Below are positions 40,324 through 54,065 of a DNA stretch of 64,000 bases, one piece after another. This DNA comes from Ruditapes philippinarum (taxonomy: Eukaryota). Location: positions 1 to 64,000 of the forward strand of contig NW_026859515.1 of assembly GCF_026571515.1 (NCBI RefSeq), written 5' to 3'. The translations under genes were made by a program, and so were the position numbers. The notes beneath the pieces are model-generated. The model did not search any database. It had not been told where the DNA came from and saw only the letters and a list, made by a program, of their open reading frames with translations. The number at the start of each line of letters is the position of its first letter. Positions within the stretch are counted from its first letter, which is position 1.

Positions 40324-43300
40324 TTTTGTGACATACACAAATCTAAATGTCCAAATCTTAATATAAAATTCAGCTTCGAAATGACACTAGATGATTGTTT
40401 ATGGCTAATGATTGATATTTTAACAAACCCCTTCTTTCAAGTGAACCCGAAGCGAATACGCTGTCGGTACCTGTGTGCAAAGGAATAAGTGATAAATCAA
40501 AATTTGCATAAAGATTACCCGGCAGATCAATCTTACTGTAGCTTAGATTTACATGCAAAGAATACCGTAAGTAGATCTAACCTTAAATCACCGTATTTGT
40601 CTCGCCACCACATCATTCAGAATTATATATAAGACTAATGCAAAGCTTTTAAAAACTTATTTACGGCCTCATATTTTTAAAGAAGAGCAATGACTTATCA
40701 TGCCAGAGAACTCCAAATCACCATAGGCACAAAATGGTTTTCAATTTATTTGCAATTTTTAAATATTGATTGACCGCGCTCGATATACATCGGAAACTAG
40801 TTCAAATGTTGCTTATATTGAGGTTGAAGAGGTTAAAATGATCATTATTGTGACAATATATATACAAATATTTAAATAAACAAATACACTTGTGATGATT
40901 TAAACATATTTGATTACATGTGCTTTACATAAGTACATGACTGTTGAACAATGGTTAAACTTTACTTTGAAATGCAGGAACCCTATGATATAGAGACGAA
41001 TGGTTAATAATAAAAAGGAATAACCATTGCAGGGTGGCGAATCTATGTGTCTTATTAGGAAAAATGCACGACAAAAATGATAAAATACCACCGATTTAGG
41101 CTGGTATTGTTTTTGTATCCATTTTTGATTCCGAATGAATTTTTTTCAAATAAAGTGCATAAACCCCTATATTTCAGAACAACACTTGCACAGGATTGTA
41201 CCGAATTTGTGTGAAGTCTAAATTTTCTACAATAATGACCCAACTGATTCAGTTGATGAAATGATCCGGACTAATCGGTTGAAGCAGTTTGGGAAAGATA
41301 GCGAAGAAAGTCTATTCATTATTTTAAAAAAGATGTTTAGAAATATCCTAGTTGAATCAAGCTATACTGTATAATCTATTTCCCCGCCGTGTGTGTTGGT
41401 TGTCTAAAAGTCCCGTTGGTTCGAAACCTTGATTGTTATTAATTTGACAAACGAATAACAAATATGATCGTTTTAAGATTAGGACGGGACTTCATTTTGT
41501 GCTGAACACGTCCCTTCAAAATATTATAAAACGAAAATGATGCTGAGAAAATATGAAAACACCTCGATAACTACATAGAAAGCTCTGTGATGTACTAAAG
41601 CAGAGAAAAAAGTATGAAATATTAATCAAGGGAATAAAACCATATGACATAGGAAACATATCCTAAGCTAAACATATATAGCTATTTTTTTCATAGCTTG
41701 TCATGTTCTTCCCAGTGGTCTTTATATGCTGTATGCCATATATGACACCATTTGCTATTTCATCAACTAATTTTTACATTGTTTGCAATATAAATCAAAG
41801 TACTGAAAGCACTGGATGCGACAGACATGAATAGGGAATTGCATAAATGTTGTCAAAAAAGGATCAAACATCATCATGTGGCACCAAGATAATTCTATAG
41901 TAACACATTGAGTTTTATGCTTGCAACAGGGTAAAACACCGGAATTTTCAAAACAGGGTCGTTAAAATAGAATGGTCTCGAAACGTGCAATGTAAAACCC
42001 TTCTAGCTACAAACAGGTTCTTTCAAATAGAAAGACCCTTTTTAAGGTGACTATATCTATTAGATTTTCTCTCATAATGCCTGGCTTAAAAGCTAGTAAC
42101 TAAATCAAATTTAAGTAATTAATAAACAACCATACTGACTGAAATTACTTAATATATAAATTTAACTGGTCATTTTCTAGTTGTCTGTGTGATGTTTTGT
42201 CATTTAGAAAATTCCGGCGTTTTGTGACAAACATAAGAATAAGATTGTCAATGATTTTCTTTTTGAATGATTGCTTTTCAAGCTTTAGAACAGTAGCGAA
42301 TGCATTCTATCCAGATTTATTGATTCTTTTTTATTAAGCAACATAAACAAACTTCCAAAGAACCAGTGAAGGATATAAGATTATAAACATTCCTGACCAT
42401 GTTGCAATGACTTTTATTACATAATATTTGCAACAGACAATAATAAGATAATTTGGATTCTTATGATTATGAAAATAAACTTTTTCTAGTAGCTTATTTT
42501 ATAAATAAATCGATTTGTATATATAAGGACCTCTGGGCCGTAACATATTATCAACAGCGTGCATATGTTGTATATACAAGCGGCACTTGACTGTTATATC
42601 ATAAATCATCAGGGTGCATATTAAAGAGTCTGATAACGTCACTTTTGTTAGCTGTCAAAATATTTATGATCCGATCATCCTAGGGATTTTATTGACTGAT
42701 TTGATACTCCAGGTTTACTACCAACTGACAGTGAAGTACATGTTGTCAAATATGCAAAATTATAATTCAGTTAATAACGAATTTTGTGTATGGTTTTCAC
42801 AACTTGTTTTTTTTAGTGAAATCTTTTAAATAGTTTAAACAGAATATGAATTACATAAAAATATCAAGTTAAAGATATCAGTTTATCAGCTTTCAAAAAA
42901 TATGTAGTGCATTCAAATGGCGTGATGTACGATTTTCGAGAGTGCCGACACAAATATTATACAAGTACATTCAAAAGAATAGTTACTTTAATGTTCGAAA
43001 TAACACAGATTTATATTATTGTTTTTGATCAAAATAATATTTATTCAACTAGCATCTTGCTATTTATATTACGCAGACCTTTTTCGAAACTACGGAATAC
43101 TAACATTTTTGAAACTGACAATAGGTTTTGGGTACTGTGTATTGGCAAGTCATAGATTTTTTTACAGATTGTTTTGATGAAAATCGAAAACTATCTTAAT
43201 ATATTTTACCTACTCCATAGCATTGTAAGTATCATCTTTTGTTTAAAAACTATATTTTTTTCTCACAAATAATTTCTATTGATTTTTTTCACAGATTTAT

Positions 43301-45652
43301 TGAATGAAAATGAATAAATGCAGTTGAGATTAATTTATTTGAATAGTGTTTGGTCCTGGAAGTTTATTATAAATTGGCATGCCTTCCTTAAGTGGTGAAG
43401 GATACTAAAGCTTGGTGTGGACGGTGAGCGCAGGATGAACTATTTGCAAAGGTTAAAGGAAATATTTACATGTAAAATATGATAGACAAGATCAACAAGA
43501 AAAGACGGTGTTTTCAATGAACGCAAGTTTGAACATTATCTAAATATTATATGCCATTAAGGGAAAAATATACGTCATTTACACGACTCTGAAGGAGAGA
43601 ATGCGGGTGTTTGAAACTTTTTTTCTAATAAGTCCAATAAGTCCAGTTACAAACGCTAAACCCGTTTAGTAAGTTTGAAGGTGAAGGAAAAGAAAATTGC
43701 AAGCAACGTTCATAAATTGTTATTGCTTATTGTCAGTGTATGGTATGGATACCAAATTGATTCTTTATATTTTATAGAGAATTAATGGCAGCACAAGCAG
43801 AACATGGGCGAAAAATGAGCAAATTTCTAATGGCCAAGGTGAGTGACATGGATGTTGAAGACACGGACATAGGCCGCATAAGAATAAAACTTTCTCGACT
43901 TATGGCAAACAAAATATCGGGAAATCCTGCATTCAAACGCGAAGTCAAAAGTAATAAACCAACAAGGTAATGCAAGATTTAACGAAAAGTTGAGCCAAAA
44001 TCTTGTAGAGAGAATGAGGGGTTCCTTTTCACATTTTGTTAATAAAGAAAATCTTACACGATCTGGGTCAATCACGGGAGCGCAACTTACGTTGTCCGAT
44101 AAAATAAAACAGTGGAAACATATAAACTGAAAATGTTTTCTTGAAAGAAAACCAATCAACAAAGATAACCAACTAAAGATAGTTAAAACATATATACAAG
44201 TCTGAACAGGTGCACGTTCTATTCACAGCAATCAAATTTACCCACCTCGCTAACTATTTACAATTCTAACACGACTGCCTCTATCCCTTTTGAACACTAT
44301 AGGACCGATTTTATGTGCTAGGGGGGCATTGAAGATTTTGCACTTTTTTCATTATCCCTCATGTTCAGACTGAAAAAAAACCGCGTCTGCAACTTGCATG
44401 TAATTTTGCTGTTTTCGAGGGATCTCTTTGTTTCAAGATATTTATTATGCAATAAAATAAAAAGTTAACGTTCTATATATATTTAGACATCTGCCGTTAC
44501 CATTAAAGATGTGACGTAATCACTAAAAATGCAACGCGAGGAATATAAGTAACGACACAAATATTATAATAAGTTATACTTAACATGTATAATTTTACAC
44601 ACAAGGGCAACAAACAAAATAAATTTTGACTTTTAAAAACTAAGGCTATCGAACAATGATATAAAACTGACACAAATCACTTTGTCGTACAAAATCTTAC
44701 ATAGAACATGATATTTTTGCACCTTTCAATTTCATCAAAATACTAATTATCATGTGAATGTATTGCTTTGCTGACACAAACGTTTAGTATCAAGTCATAT
44801 GAAAGAAGCTAGATGTGAATACTTCGCCATTACCAAAAAATATCAATAAACATCGCGACAGTTTCTGTTTTTATTTTTACAAGGACCATGAAAGAAAAAC
44901 GACATTACAATATATTAACATTAAAGCATCAGAGTAACAAAAAAGATACAATTAAATATGTAAGAAAACACACTAATTTATATCATACGTTTGAATATCA
45001 TTATAGAATAATATTGGTATTGCATGACTTCATTGAATGAACTTAATTTGCATCACATTACATAAGAGGAACTGAAATTTGTTGATATCAAGAAATGATA
45101 TCTATCACTGCACGAGTTATATAATAATGTCTTAAAAATTAAGGGCTGAAAATCAAAATAGAATAAAGTTTGGCGGCATGATAAAACAAAGTTCACATTG
45201 ATTCTGTAGACACTTTGTCACACTTATGAAGTAAAGTTCTATTAAAATGTCAAAAAAATGATGATGTCAAATAAAGTGGTTATTATATATTTCTGACAAC
45301 AATACAGATTTTATTAGACTCGTACATAGCTGCAAAATCTATATCAGAGACTAGAGCCTGCTCCAATATATGTTTGACATCTATATACTCGTGCAATAAA
45401 AAGCAGTATTGAACTCAACAATGTATAATAACATCAAAATATAACATCTTGTTTTTACTCTGAAATAAGAATATTTTTCCTCTATAAAAAGGCAAATTTG
45501 TGTTTTATAATATTTTGATTATGGATTAATAACAGATTAAATCAGATGAAGAAAAAAGTGTTAAATAAGAAATAATTTTGTCAATTAAGAAGCAAAACAT
45601 TAAACATTTAAGCAAAAAAGCTAAAGAAAGTCGGAAACCGTAAAATAACATA

Positions 45653-45698
<46 letters not shown>

Positions 45699-45706
45699 TA
45701 AATGAT
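45653..45706. repeat. (AAT)n microsatellite
   Basis: Directly visible; much shorter at the paralogous site ~20815. Confidence 0.95.
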
Positions 45707-45727
45707 AATTATAACAATAATGATATA

Positions 45728-46203
45728 ATCAAGAGCTGTCATGCATGTGACGAATACCCCCAAAAAGGTTTCTTAAGCAGGTATTATTAAAAGAAATGAA
45801 AATGAAAATAACTATTTGCTTAATATTGTTCTTGTGAAATGAAGTGCTATTTATAGCAAACTTTATACCTTAGGACAAGGGTCTTGGATGCGACATATCA
45901 TCTTGATGTGGTAGACATTTAGCCACATTTATTTTAAAATCCTTCAAAACATGACAATGTTACAGTTTAGAAACTAATGTGTACATTCAAACTCTTCTTT
46001 TGAGCATAAGTACCTTCAAACTATTAGAGTAACATTGACCTTGGTGGTAGGGACATGGGTCTTACACACAACACGTCATCTTGATGTGGTTTGTGCCAAG
46101 TTATTTTAAAATCCCTCAATGTATAACAAAGTTACAGTCCAGACACGAATAAAGTGGGGACGCACAGACGGACAGACAGACGGTGCGATTTTTTGGGCAT
46201 AAC
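45728..46203. mobile_element. Helentron-associated non-autonomous element (HINE, CvA/pearl-like)
   Basis: CAAGAGCTGTCA..TGAC hairpin end, two ~170-bp core repeats (CATCTTGATGTGGT...TTATTTTAAAATCC), GACA/GACG microsatellite, GGGCATAA end. The empty site at ~20855 is an A-tract. Confidence 0.8.
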
Positions 46204-46480
46204 AACGTTGGAAATAATACAAATAGTAAAGAAAACTTTATTCGGTATTAATGAGTCTTCAATTAAATCACAAAGTTTTCTGTACTAGGATGTTTATTAG
46301 GGTCAGGTTTATCATATTATTAATGATTGATTGTGGAGAAGAATGCCATTAGCGAACAAGATCAATCAAACCTTTTCAATGTCTCGTTTTTGTGCATTTT
46401 AAAGAATTTCGTTTTCCCTATCTAACAAAGTATAAATTTGTTTGAAGTTCGTGAAGTTGTGCACAGTATGTTTTAAACAT

Positions 46481-46704
46481 TTAAGGTGTATTAACGTAGA
46501 CCTCACATAACGCCATCATTTCTGTAGATTCATGCTTGATTTTTAGAAACTTTCCGAAGATTGTATTTGTACAATTGATTGTTATGCTAAAAGGTTCCTT
46601 GTCTATAGCAGGACCAAAGTATGATCCACATTTTGTTCCCGCATCATTTATGACATCATCACGACTGTAAGCAACGGTCACTGTGAAATTTGTATGTCTT
46701 TCAT
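46481..46704 (-). CDS. PAN/F-type lectin copy D, last exon
   Basis: TTTCAG| acceptor, 224 nt: YERHTNFTVTV...LCEVYVNTP*. Confidence 0.87.
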
Positions 46705-47472
46705 CTGAAACATATTCATGTTTGTAATATATTGCTTGTATGATTTAAATCAATCTTTTTTAAAATAAATTAAAAGAAATACAAGATCACCTTTTTTGTT
46801 TTAACTTTTTAGTGACTCAAAGGTAATATTATTTGAAAGAATAGAATTAATCATCGGGTTTGATCGTATCCTAAAGATTCTTACAATTTTTTATCCTTGC
46901 TTTTGACTTTCCTTTGTTTTTTAAAGACAGGGAACTGTTACTTTGAAAAAATATCATTGTAGAAACTTTTTAACAGTTAAAGACTGTAGGGATGTGACAC
47001 CAGCTGCCTATACAGACTAGAATTTCTAGCTCGAGTGTAACTGTTTGCGGCGGTAATGAGGTTCGGCCCTAAACTACCCGAGAGTTAGATTTACCTGTGT
47101 GTAACGTCAGCCGGTGTTTGATTCTCTTTCTTGCATCTTAAAAATTAATTATGTTTCGAAAAGAAATTAGGAAAACTGATATTTTCGTTTAGCATTTTAT
47201 TTCTCATAGTGGCGTATAAATTTGTAACATGTAGCGGAAAAATGACGTTATCCAAGAACGCATTTTATTGATAATAGGCGTGTCCGAATGACGTCATTTA
47301 AGACTAGCTACTTATAAATTCAAATGAATTTAATGAGATGTTATAATGTTATGTTACAAAATTCTCTGAAATAACCTTAGCGGTCCGACGTCTATTGTGA
47401 AAAAGAGGGATGGAATTAAATTAATTAATCTTTAAAACTCGTTTACTGATAAAATGAATATTAATATCTTAC

Positions 47473-47688
47473 AACAACAGTCTCTTCGTAACATTATTTG
47501 TACTGATTTTACAGGACCCGGAGTTCCAAACTCAACAGCCCAGTATGAGAAACCATTATAAGTGTGGGCACAGTTGTGTATGCCTTCTACCTTTCCGTCT
47601 ATAGCCTTGTCTGCGATCATATGCTTTTCACCTCCATCTAAATATGTAGTGGACTGCCATGCTTCAGCTCCTTGTAAAAGATTTATTC
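47473..47688 (-). CDS. PAN/F-type lectin copy D, F-lectin exon
   Basis: TTTACAG|...|GTAAGA, 216 nt; QSTT, AIDG, CAHT, RRDCC. Confidence 0.87.
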
Positions 47689-50020
47689 CTGTAAAAATAA
47701 CAACAAAAAGAACATTTAATTTTTTTTAGATAGATTCTATGGAATATCATTTATAAAGTATACCTCATGCTTATACGAATGCCATTATTTTTTTGTAAAG
47801 TTTAGTGAAGAAAATGAAGAGGAATGTTTGTTTAGACAAATTCGTGGAATGAAGATTAAAGGTTTTAACGTCCGATTTGCGACAAATTGTGTTTCAAATG
47901 TCGGACTTAATCCCTTTGCTTTTTACTTGGCACGAAGTAAACATACTTGTGTAAATCAATTGCCACAATTGATCTTTGTAGTAAACTTTTATACGTTATA
48001 CTTTAACCACTTTTTAAGAAATGAACCAGTTGATTTAAATTTTTTCTGAAAAATTCCGATTGCCTTAGTTTATTTGCAAGTAGAATTTCTGTTTAACAGT
48101 TTCTGAAAAAAAAAACTAAACAAATATTCTCTTCGTCGGTCGTAGTTGACAGTTTCACATCTGTCACTTCTCGTTGCATTGGCTTAAGCGTTCACTTATT
48201 AAAATGTACTTAAAATTCTTTAGAAACTTCTTAAATGTTGTCACACGAATGCACTTTCACAAAAAAAAAATACAATGTGCCTATAATAATTTATTTAAAA
48301 AATTACTGAGACATTTATGAAAAGCTTAATGAAACTCCCTGTTTCAGAAAATTTGAAAATTTGCATAAATAGTTCAATAAAATCGATCAAAAGAGTTCGA
48401 CTACAATTAAAGTTATACATGCATATAATACGAAATGTGGAGAATTTAATGCCAACTCCCAACTCTCAATATATTTTTTTATCAAAACGACCTTATTTCT
48501 TAATTTCCAAAAGTAAACAAATGGATAGATTGATAATTACAGATGCTTTACGAAAATGCAATTCAACAGCTCTTACAACGATGGGTATGGCTCAAATGCA
48601 AAACAGACTCCCTTTAGATTGACGCATTATTAAATTTTAATGTTAGCATGGATACACATGAAATCAGACAGTTGCACAGTCTTTTATTTGTTACTGAGAA
48701 ATAAAAAATATTGTCTATCCATTTGATGGAAATGTACATAAAATGTTTAGCATCAAATAATAAATTATCAAAATTGCGCTGTTAAATGTTTTATATACTT
48801 CTATTTTTATTGACGACTCGCAAAATAAATCGGGTCATTCCGCAGTAAATCATATGTCTTATCCAAAATCATATAAAACTAGGCTACTTTGCAGGCGATT
48901 AGTACTGCAAAGCACTGTTTGTTCCAACAGAGGGCGCCACCGCTGAAGTCACCGTCTTTACTAGCGGCTCGAGCACCCTAAAACTGTTTCTTTTCGTCTC
49001 TGTTACATTTTAGGGCCACTCACTGTTGTTTCAGTCAGGAAATCGGCAGTTTACTTTAAACAAAGCCTTGAACGTATTCTCGGATTTAAAAAATTCACGC
49101 GAACTTTCCATCTTAAACGTTGCAGTGGATCTTCAATCTGTGCCTTCTCAACGACGTGAATGTACCGAGGGGAAAGAGGAGAGCTTTTTAATTCTTTAAT
49201 AGAAACACACTTTTATCTATAAGGGTTGCTGGGCCGTATCATCATTAATCACCAAGGTCAATATGAAATGAGTTATAACATTACAGATGATTACGTCACT
49301 TATCATAGCTGACCCTTACAGGAGTTTGTTCGTTAAAGGTTCGAAGGTACGAACATACCAGCAACTGTTATTTACATACGATGTCGTAGGACTGGACATT
49401 TTTCGAATTCTTCCATTGTACGTTTGAGTGGTATTTTGTATTTTTATTTCCTTTCTTTATAAGAATAACAATACACACATAAAACATTTAAAATGAAAAC
49501 GTTATACTTTTATTATACTTTAAAGAAATATGCAGTGAAGTTTAATTATAAAATTTGACCTGCTTGCTTTCAAAACAAATAGTAAAATATAATTTTTAAT
49601 CATTATAATATTTTTATTTATTAAAACTTTTCGAAATGAATATAGATCTATGTTTTTGTCTCGTTAACACACTTTCTCCCAAAGAAGTTTTGCAAGTCCG
49701 GAAATATTGTATTTTATGTAAAATCATTAAGAAAATATCCTTACTTTCATAATTACTATTGTATTAAACTATTTTTACTATTTTTGTTATTCTTGCTGAT
49801 AACTTTAATGTCCTTAAATCAGAAAATGTTGCTGTAAAAAAAACAAAGAAATATTGAAAAAGAATACTTTATAACATGTACGTTATACAAACAAGTTGAA
49901 ATAATAATAATAATAATAATAATAACGAAAATAACGAAACGGAATCTTCATAGTTTACTAACATTTTTATATTACGGTGTAGACAGCAGAGAAATAGGAA
50001 TGAAAAAATAAATCCCTCAC

Positions 50021-50266
50021 CAAAATTCCTCCGAAAATAGATTTTACATCCGTTGTTAGGTATTCCTGGTATTGTATTATCTAACGGATAATAATCTGTG
50101 AGCTCACACTGTTTATTTACTTCATGGAAATTCACAGACAGACATCCGAACATACTGTCACAAAGAGCAACACATTTGTTAATGAAACTATCATTAAAGC
50201 TAGATATGGGATTCCCATTACTTTCATAACTGGCGTACATTTCATAAACAATGGATTTTGTTAATT
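50021..50266 (-). CDS. Copy D PAN exon, probably used as an internal phase 1-1 exon (own ATG at 50320 is frameshifted)
   Basis: TTTCTTTCACATTTCTGCAG| acceptor at 50267, 246 nt open, |GTGAGG donor. The frame from ATG 50320 hits TAA at codon 20 owing to a 1-nt deletion. Confidence 0.68.
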
Positions 50267-53200
50267 CTGCAGAAATGTGAAAGAAATTAAAAGACAGGTA
50301 AAATGCTCTAGAATCTTCATTTTTGTGAAGGACACAAATCTAAATCTCCAAATCTAAATGAAAAATTTAGTTTTGGAAATGACCATTGAAGATTTTTAAT
50401 TGTTTAACAAATCGTTTCTTTCAAGAGAATGAGAAGCAAATATACTGCCGGTACTCGAATGAATACGAATGAATAATGAATAAAAAATTTGCATAAAGTA
50501 TTCCCGACAGATATACATTTAACAAGAGAAATATTGAAAAAAGGTGGCAAATTGTTTTTTATGTTATCTGATGTCGGTCGACCATAAAAGGTCACTTTGT
50601 TAATGTGTTATGTTTTATCTCGGTAAATCTAAAATTTGAGATTTTTACAAGAATATTTTTCAGGCGAATTCTGCCTGAGAGCGGTTTGATGATTGTAAAA
50701 TTAACAGGAAAGAACAGAATATTAAAACGATTCTCATTGGTCATTTTAAAATTACAAATTAAATCAGGGAATCTTATCGGTCATTCCAAAATAATTATAA
50801 TAATCTAAAGGATCTTTCTGAAACGTATACACGTCCGATTTGTAAAATAATCTTAAGAAGTATTAGAAACAAATGTTCTAGTTAAAATTCTCGGATATTT
50901 GAAATCTGTGAACATTCTCCCAATAAACAATTTAACAATTTATACGGCTTTAAAATTTTTTCTTTTTTTTCTCTGGTGAAAACATTATTTTTTATTAAAC
51001 ATAAGAATATACCAAGTTGAAAATGACATTTTATAAGTTTTGTCCAAACTAACGAGATGCCAATAACGCCCGCGATCCAGGAAAAACATATGCATACCGA
51101 AATACATCAATTGTCTGGTACATTTAGTAGATTATGTTTAGTGTTCATGATATACCGGTATCATTAATAATGATGATTGATGTAATCAATCGATTTTAAT
51201 TAAAAGAAATCGATAAATGTTTGCATATTGATTTAGCATAAATAGTGCGTACAGTGTATATGAATACGTATGTGTAAGGTACAGCGGTTACGGAAACACT
51301 ACAGTTCCATTTGGAAATATTTTTGCAGTGTTTCCTAAACCTAAAAATACGAAAAAAGAACAGCTTAAAATAACCTATGATAATAAAAGAAGTTTTATCT
51401 CTTCCGATTATCTTTTTTAAAGATTATTTAGTAAAATCATTCAGAATTATATATAAGACTAATGCAAAGCTTTTTAAAACCTGTTTACGACCACATATAT
51501 TTAGAATAGAAAAATACTTAATCAAAGTACTTCCGTTCAACATGTTATTTTCGATTTTGCTCACTACTGTGTTGGAGCACTATCTCATGATTTTTTTCGC
51601 TGATTTTTATATCTTTCATTTATGTTCATTTATAAATCGGTGTGAAGAGATGAATAAGATGTTTTAAAGTACATTTCGGCGGGTAAAAAGGGGATACTGA
51701 TTACTAGCGATTCCGTATTGAAGCGCCTCGTCCGAAATGTACTTAAATACGGTATTTCATGCGGGGCTCCAATACTTTTATGTCACATGTTTTGTTTTAC
51801 AGCTTATTGCCAATAGTAATCATGAGTGTCATAATAATTCTTTTCCTTCAATCGGCCGTTAACTGCCTAGAATGACGTTGACTTCCTGTGTGAATCCAAG
51901 AGAAAAACTGAGTATTCTTCCCCCTAACCAGTTGCTCAACCTGCTGATCGTTCAGCACGGCATTATTGTTGTGCTTGTGGTATTTTGGTTCTTTCTATTC
52001 GGCATCTTTCTTGTTGGGTGGTTCCAATATTCCTAAATTGAATACTGTTGAATCACCCTTAGGATATGTGGCCTGCTTTTTAAATTTGTCTTTTGACGTC
52101 ATATCTGTGATATGCAGGCTTCATAACCTCAGATCCCCTTTCAAATTTCCATCTTTTTTTTCCCGCCCATTGGTTTCTCGTTTCGGGCACATGCATTTTG
52201 TTACTTGGGGACCATATGCCGCTTTTCATGAAACGGCACTTACGTGTCACATTGAAGGTTCCATGATAATCGCTATATGAACACATCTACGGATGTTTCA
52301 AAATTATACCAGTTCATGTTAAATGTTGAATTCTGCTTAAGCCGGTGCTAGGGGGGCGTGGATGGTAGTTTGCATTTGACAGTACTGTCCATGAACAGAC
52401 TCAATCAAACCGAGCCTGCAACATTTTCAATTTTGCCGTGTTTGGCTTTCTTTAGGGATTCTTTTTTCTCTCTATCTTACAATACACCGTAAACTCTTTC
52501 CTCCCCCGATAGCCATCTTCGAAATTTGAAATATATAGAAATTTTGCCCCCAAAGATTTTCATCATTTATGTATTTTCACTTTTTGTATAAATGTATTCC
52601 ATTGATATTCATTTAAAACTGCATTTCATAAATATGTTGAAATATTTTTGCCGTCGGTCTAAAAACAGAGCGGTTAGCTCTTTTATTAACCCTTTTAAAA
52701 GCATTGTTGTAAATCATAACAAATACTGTCCAGAAATTATAATTTTAAAAAGAAATCAACACGGTAACACTTAAGTTTGTATGCAAATGAAGACTGTAAT
52801 TTGCTCATGAGTGTGTATTCATAATGTATTTTGTCTCATTATTACACATACATTTTATACATATATACAAATATTCACATAAAACTTACAGACGACGATT
52901 CTTTTTTATTAGAATTTCAAGAGGCATTATTTCAATAAGAAACTTATTCCAGACTAGTACATTAAGACATGATTCATAAAGTACAATTTTAACTTATATA
53001 AACAGTTAGGTAACTTGTTTAAACAGAATATCAAAAGTAAGGTCACCATCAAAAAATAAAAAAAACTGCCCTAAAAGGAAAATGTAAAATACTGAGAAGT
53101 GTAAATCGGAGCCCAAACGCGCGTATAGAAAACATTTTTAAAATTATCATCCGAGATTAGGTCCTGCATGAACTGATTAGCAGTGATTACCTAAACCTAT

Positions 53201-53394
53201 AGGTAAAATACATCATCATGTTTAAAGCGAAACATTAATTATTTACAAAGGAAATAAAAGACAAAGTTGCAGATTATTAATACAGATTTTGGCCCATTAA
53301 AGTATCATTTCAATTTTAATGAACAGAAATATTAATTGTTCATTTTTAGACATTCTTACAAATGCATTATTTCTGGTTTGAGTTTTATCAAGTC

Positions 53395-53685
53395 ATATCT
53401 ACATCGTTAGTAATTAAAAAAAATGTCTGGTTCTGCACATTTTGTTCTTTTTTATGTATTATTTGTAAAAAGTTACTATGTTTATAAACCTTTTAAATAA
53501 CCGGCGCTTTTGTAGAAGCGGTCTGGAAAATCACTTACCGACCGCCGAACAGATAAATAATGATTTGTTCGGCAAATGTATTAGATATGCAAAAAAAAAA
53601 AAACAACAAAGAAGTAATTTAATGCAGTTTTGAACTGTTTTAAAACCGACAACGCCAAAGTTACTTTCAGTTCGTAAATAGTAGG
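53395..53685. repeat. ~290-bp diverged direct repeat (partner ~55340-55655) flanking the exon E block
   Basis: CTACATCGTTAGT...TTCTGCA.ATTTTGTT...ACTTACCGACCGC...TGTTCGGCAAATGT...A-tract is shared by both. Confidence 0.7.
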
Positions 53686-54065
53686 TCATTCTCTTAAAAT
53701 GAATGTTTCATCAGCAATATATATATCGCATTCAACTATTAAATTGAAAAAAAGTAAATCTATTTCATTTTACTTTTATAAAGTATGCAGGCACGTTTAA
53801 TTCTATCCCGTCCGAATTGCTTGTCTTTCGTCACAAATAGTATTAAGTAATTTTTAAATATTATTAATTTCAGTATCTTTTGAATTTGTGTATATGTTGC
53901 ATTTAATGACATTGGATTATCAAACGATTCAGGGGACATAAAAAGTTACTGTAGCTCACAGTCACACGGATATGTAAAAAATCCTTACCTACCTACCTTT
54001 TTTTCAATCATGTCCTCTGTACCACAAACAAATTTTTTGACCTAATGCGAAAATAAATTTCTTAC

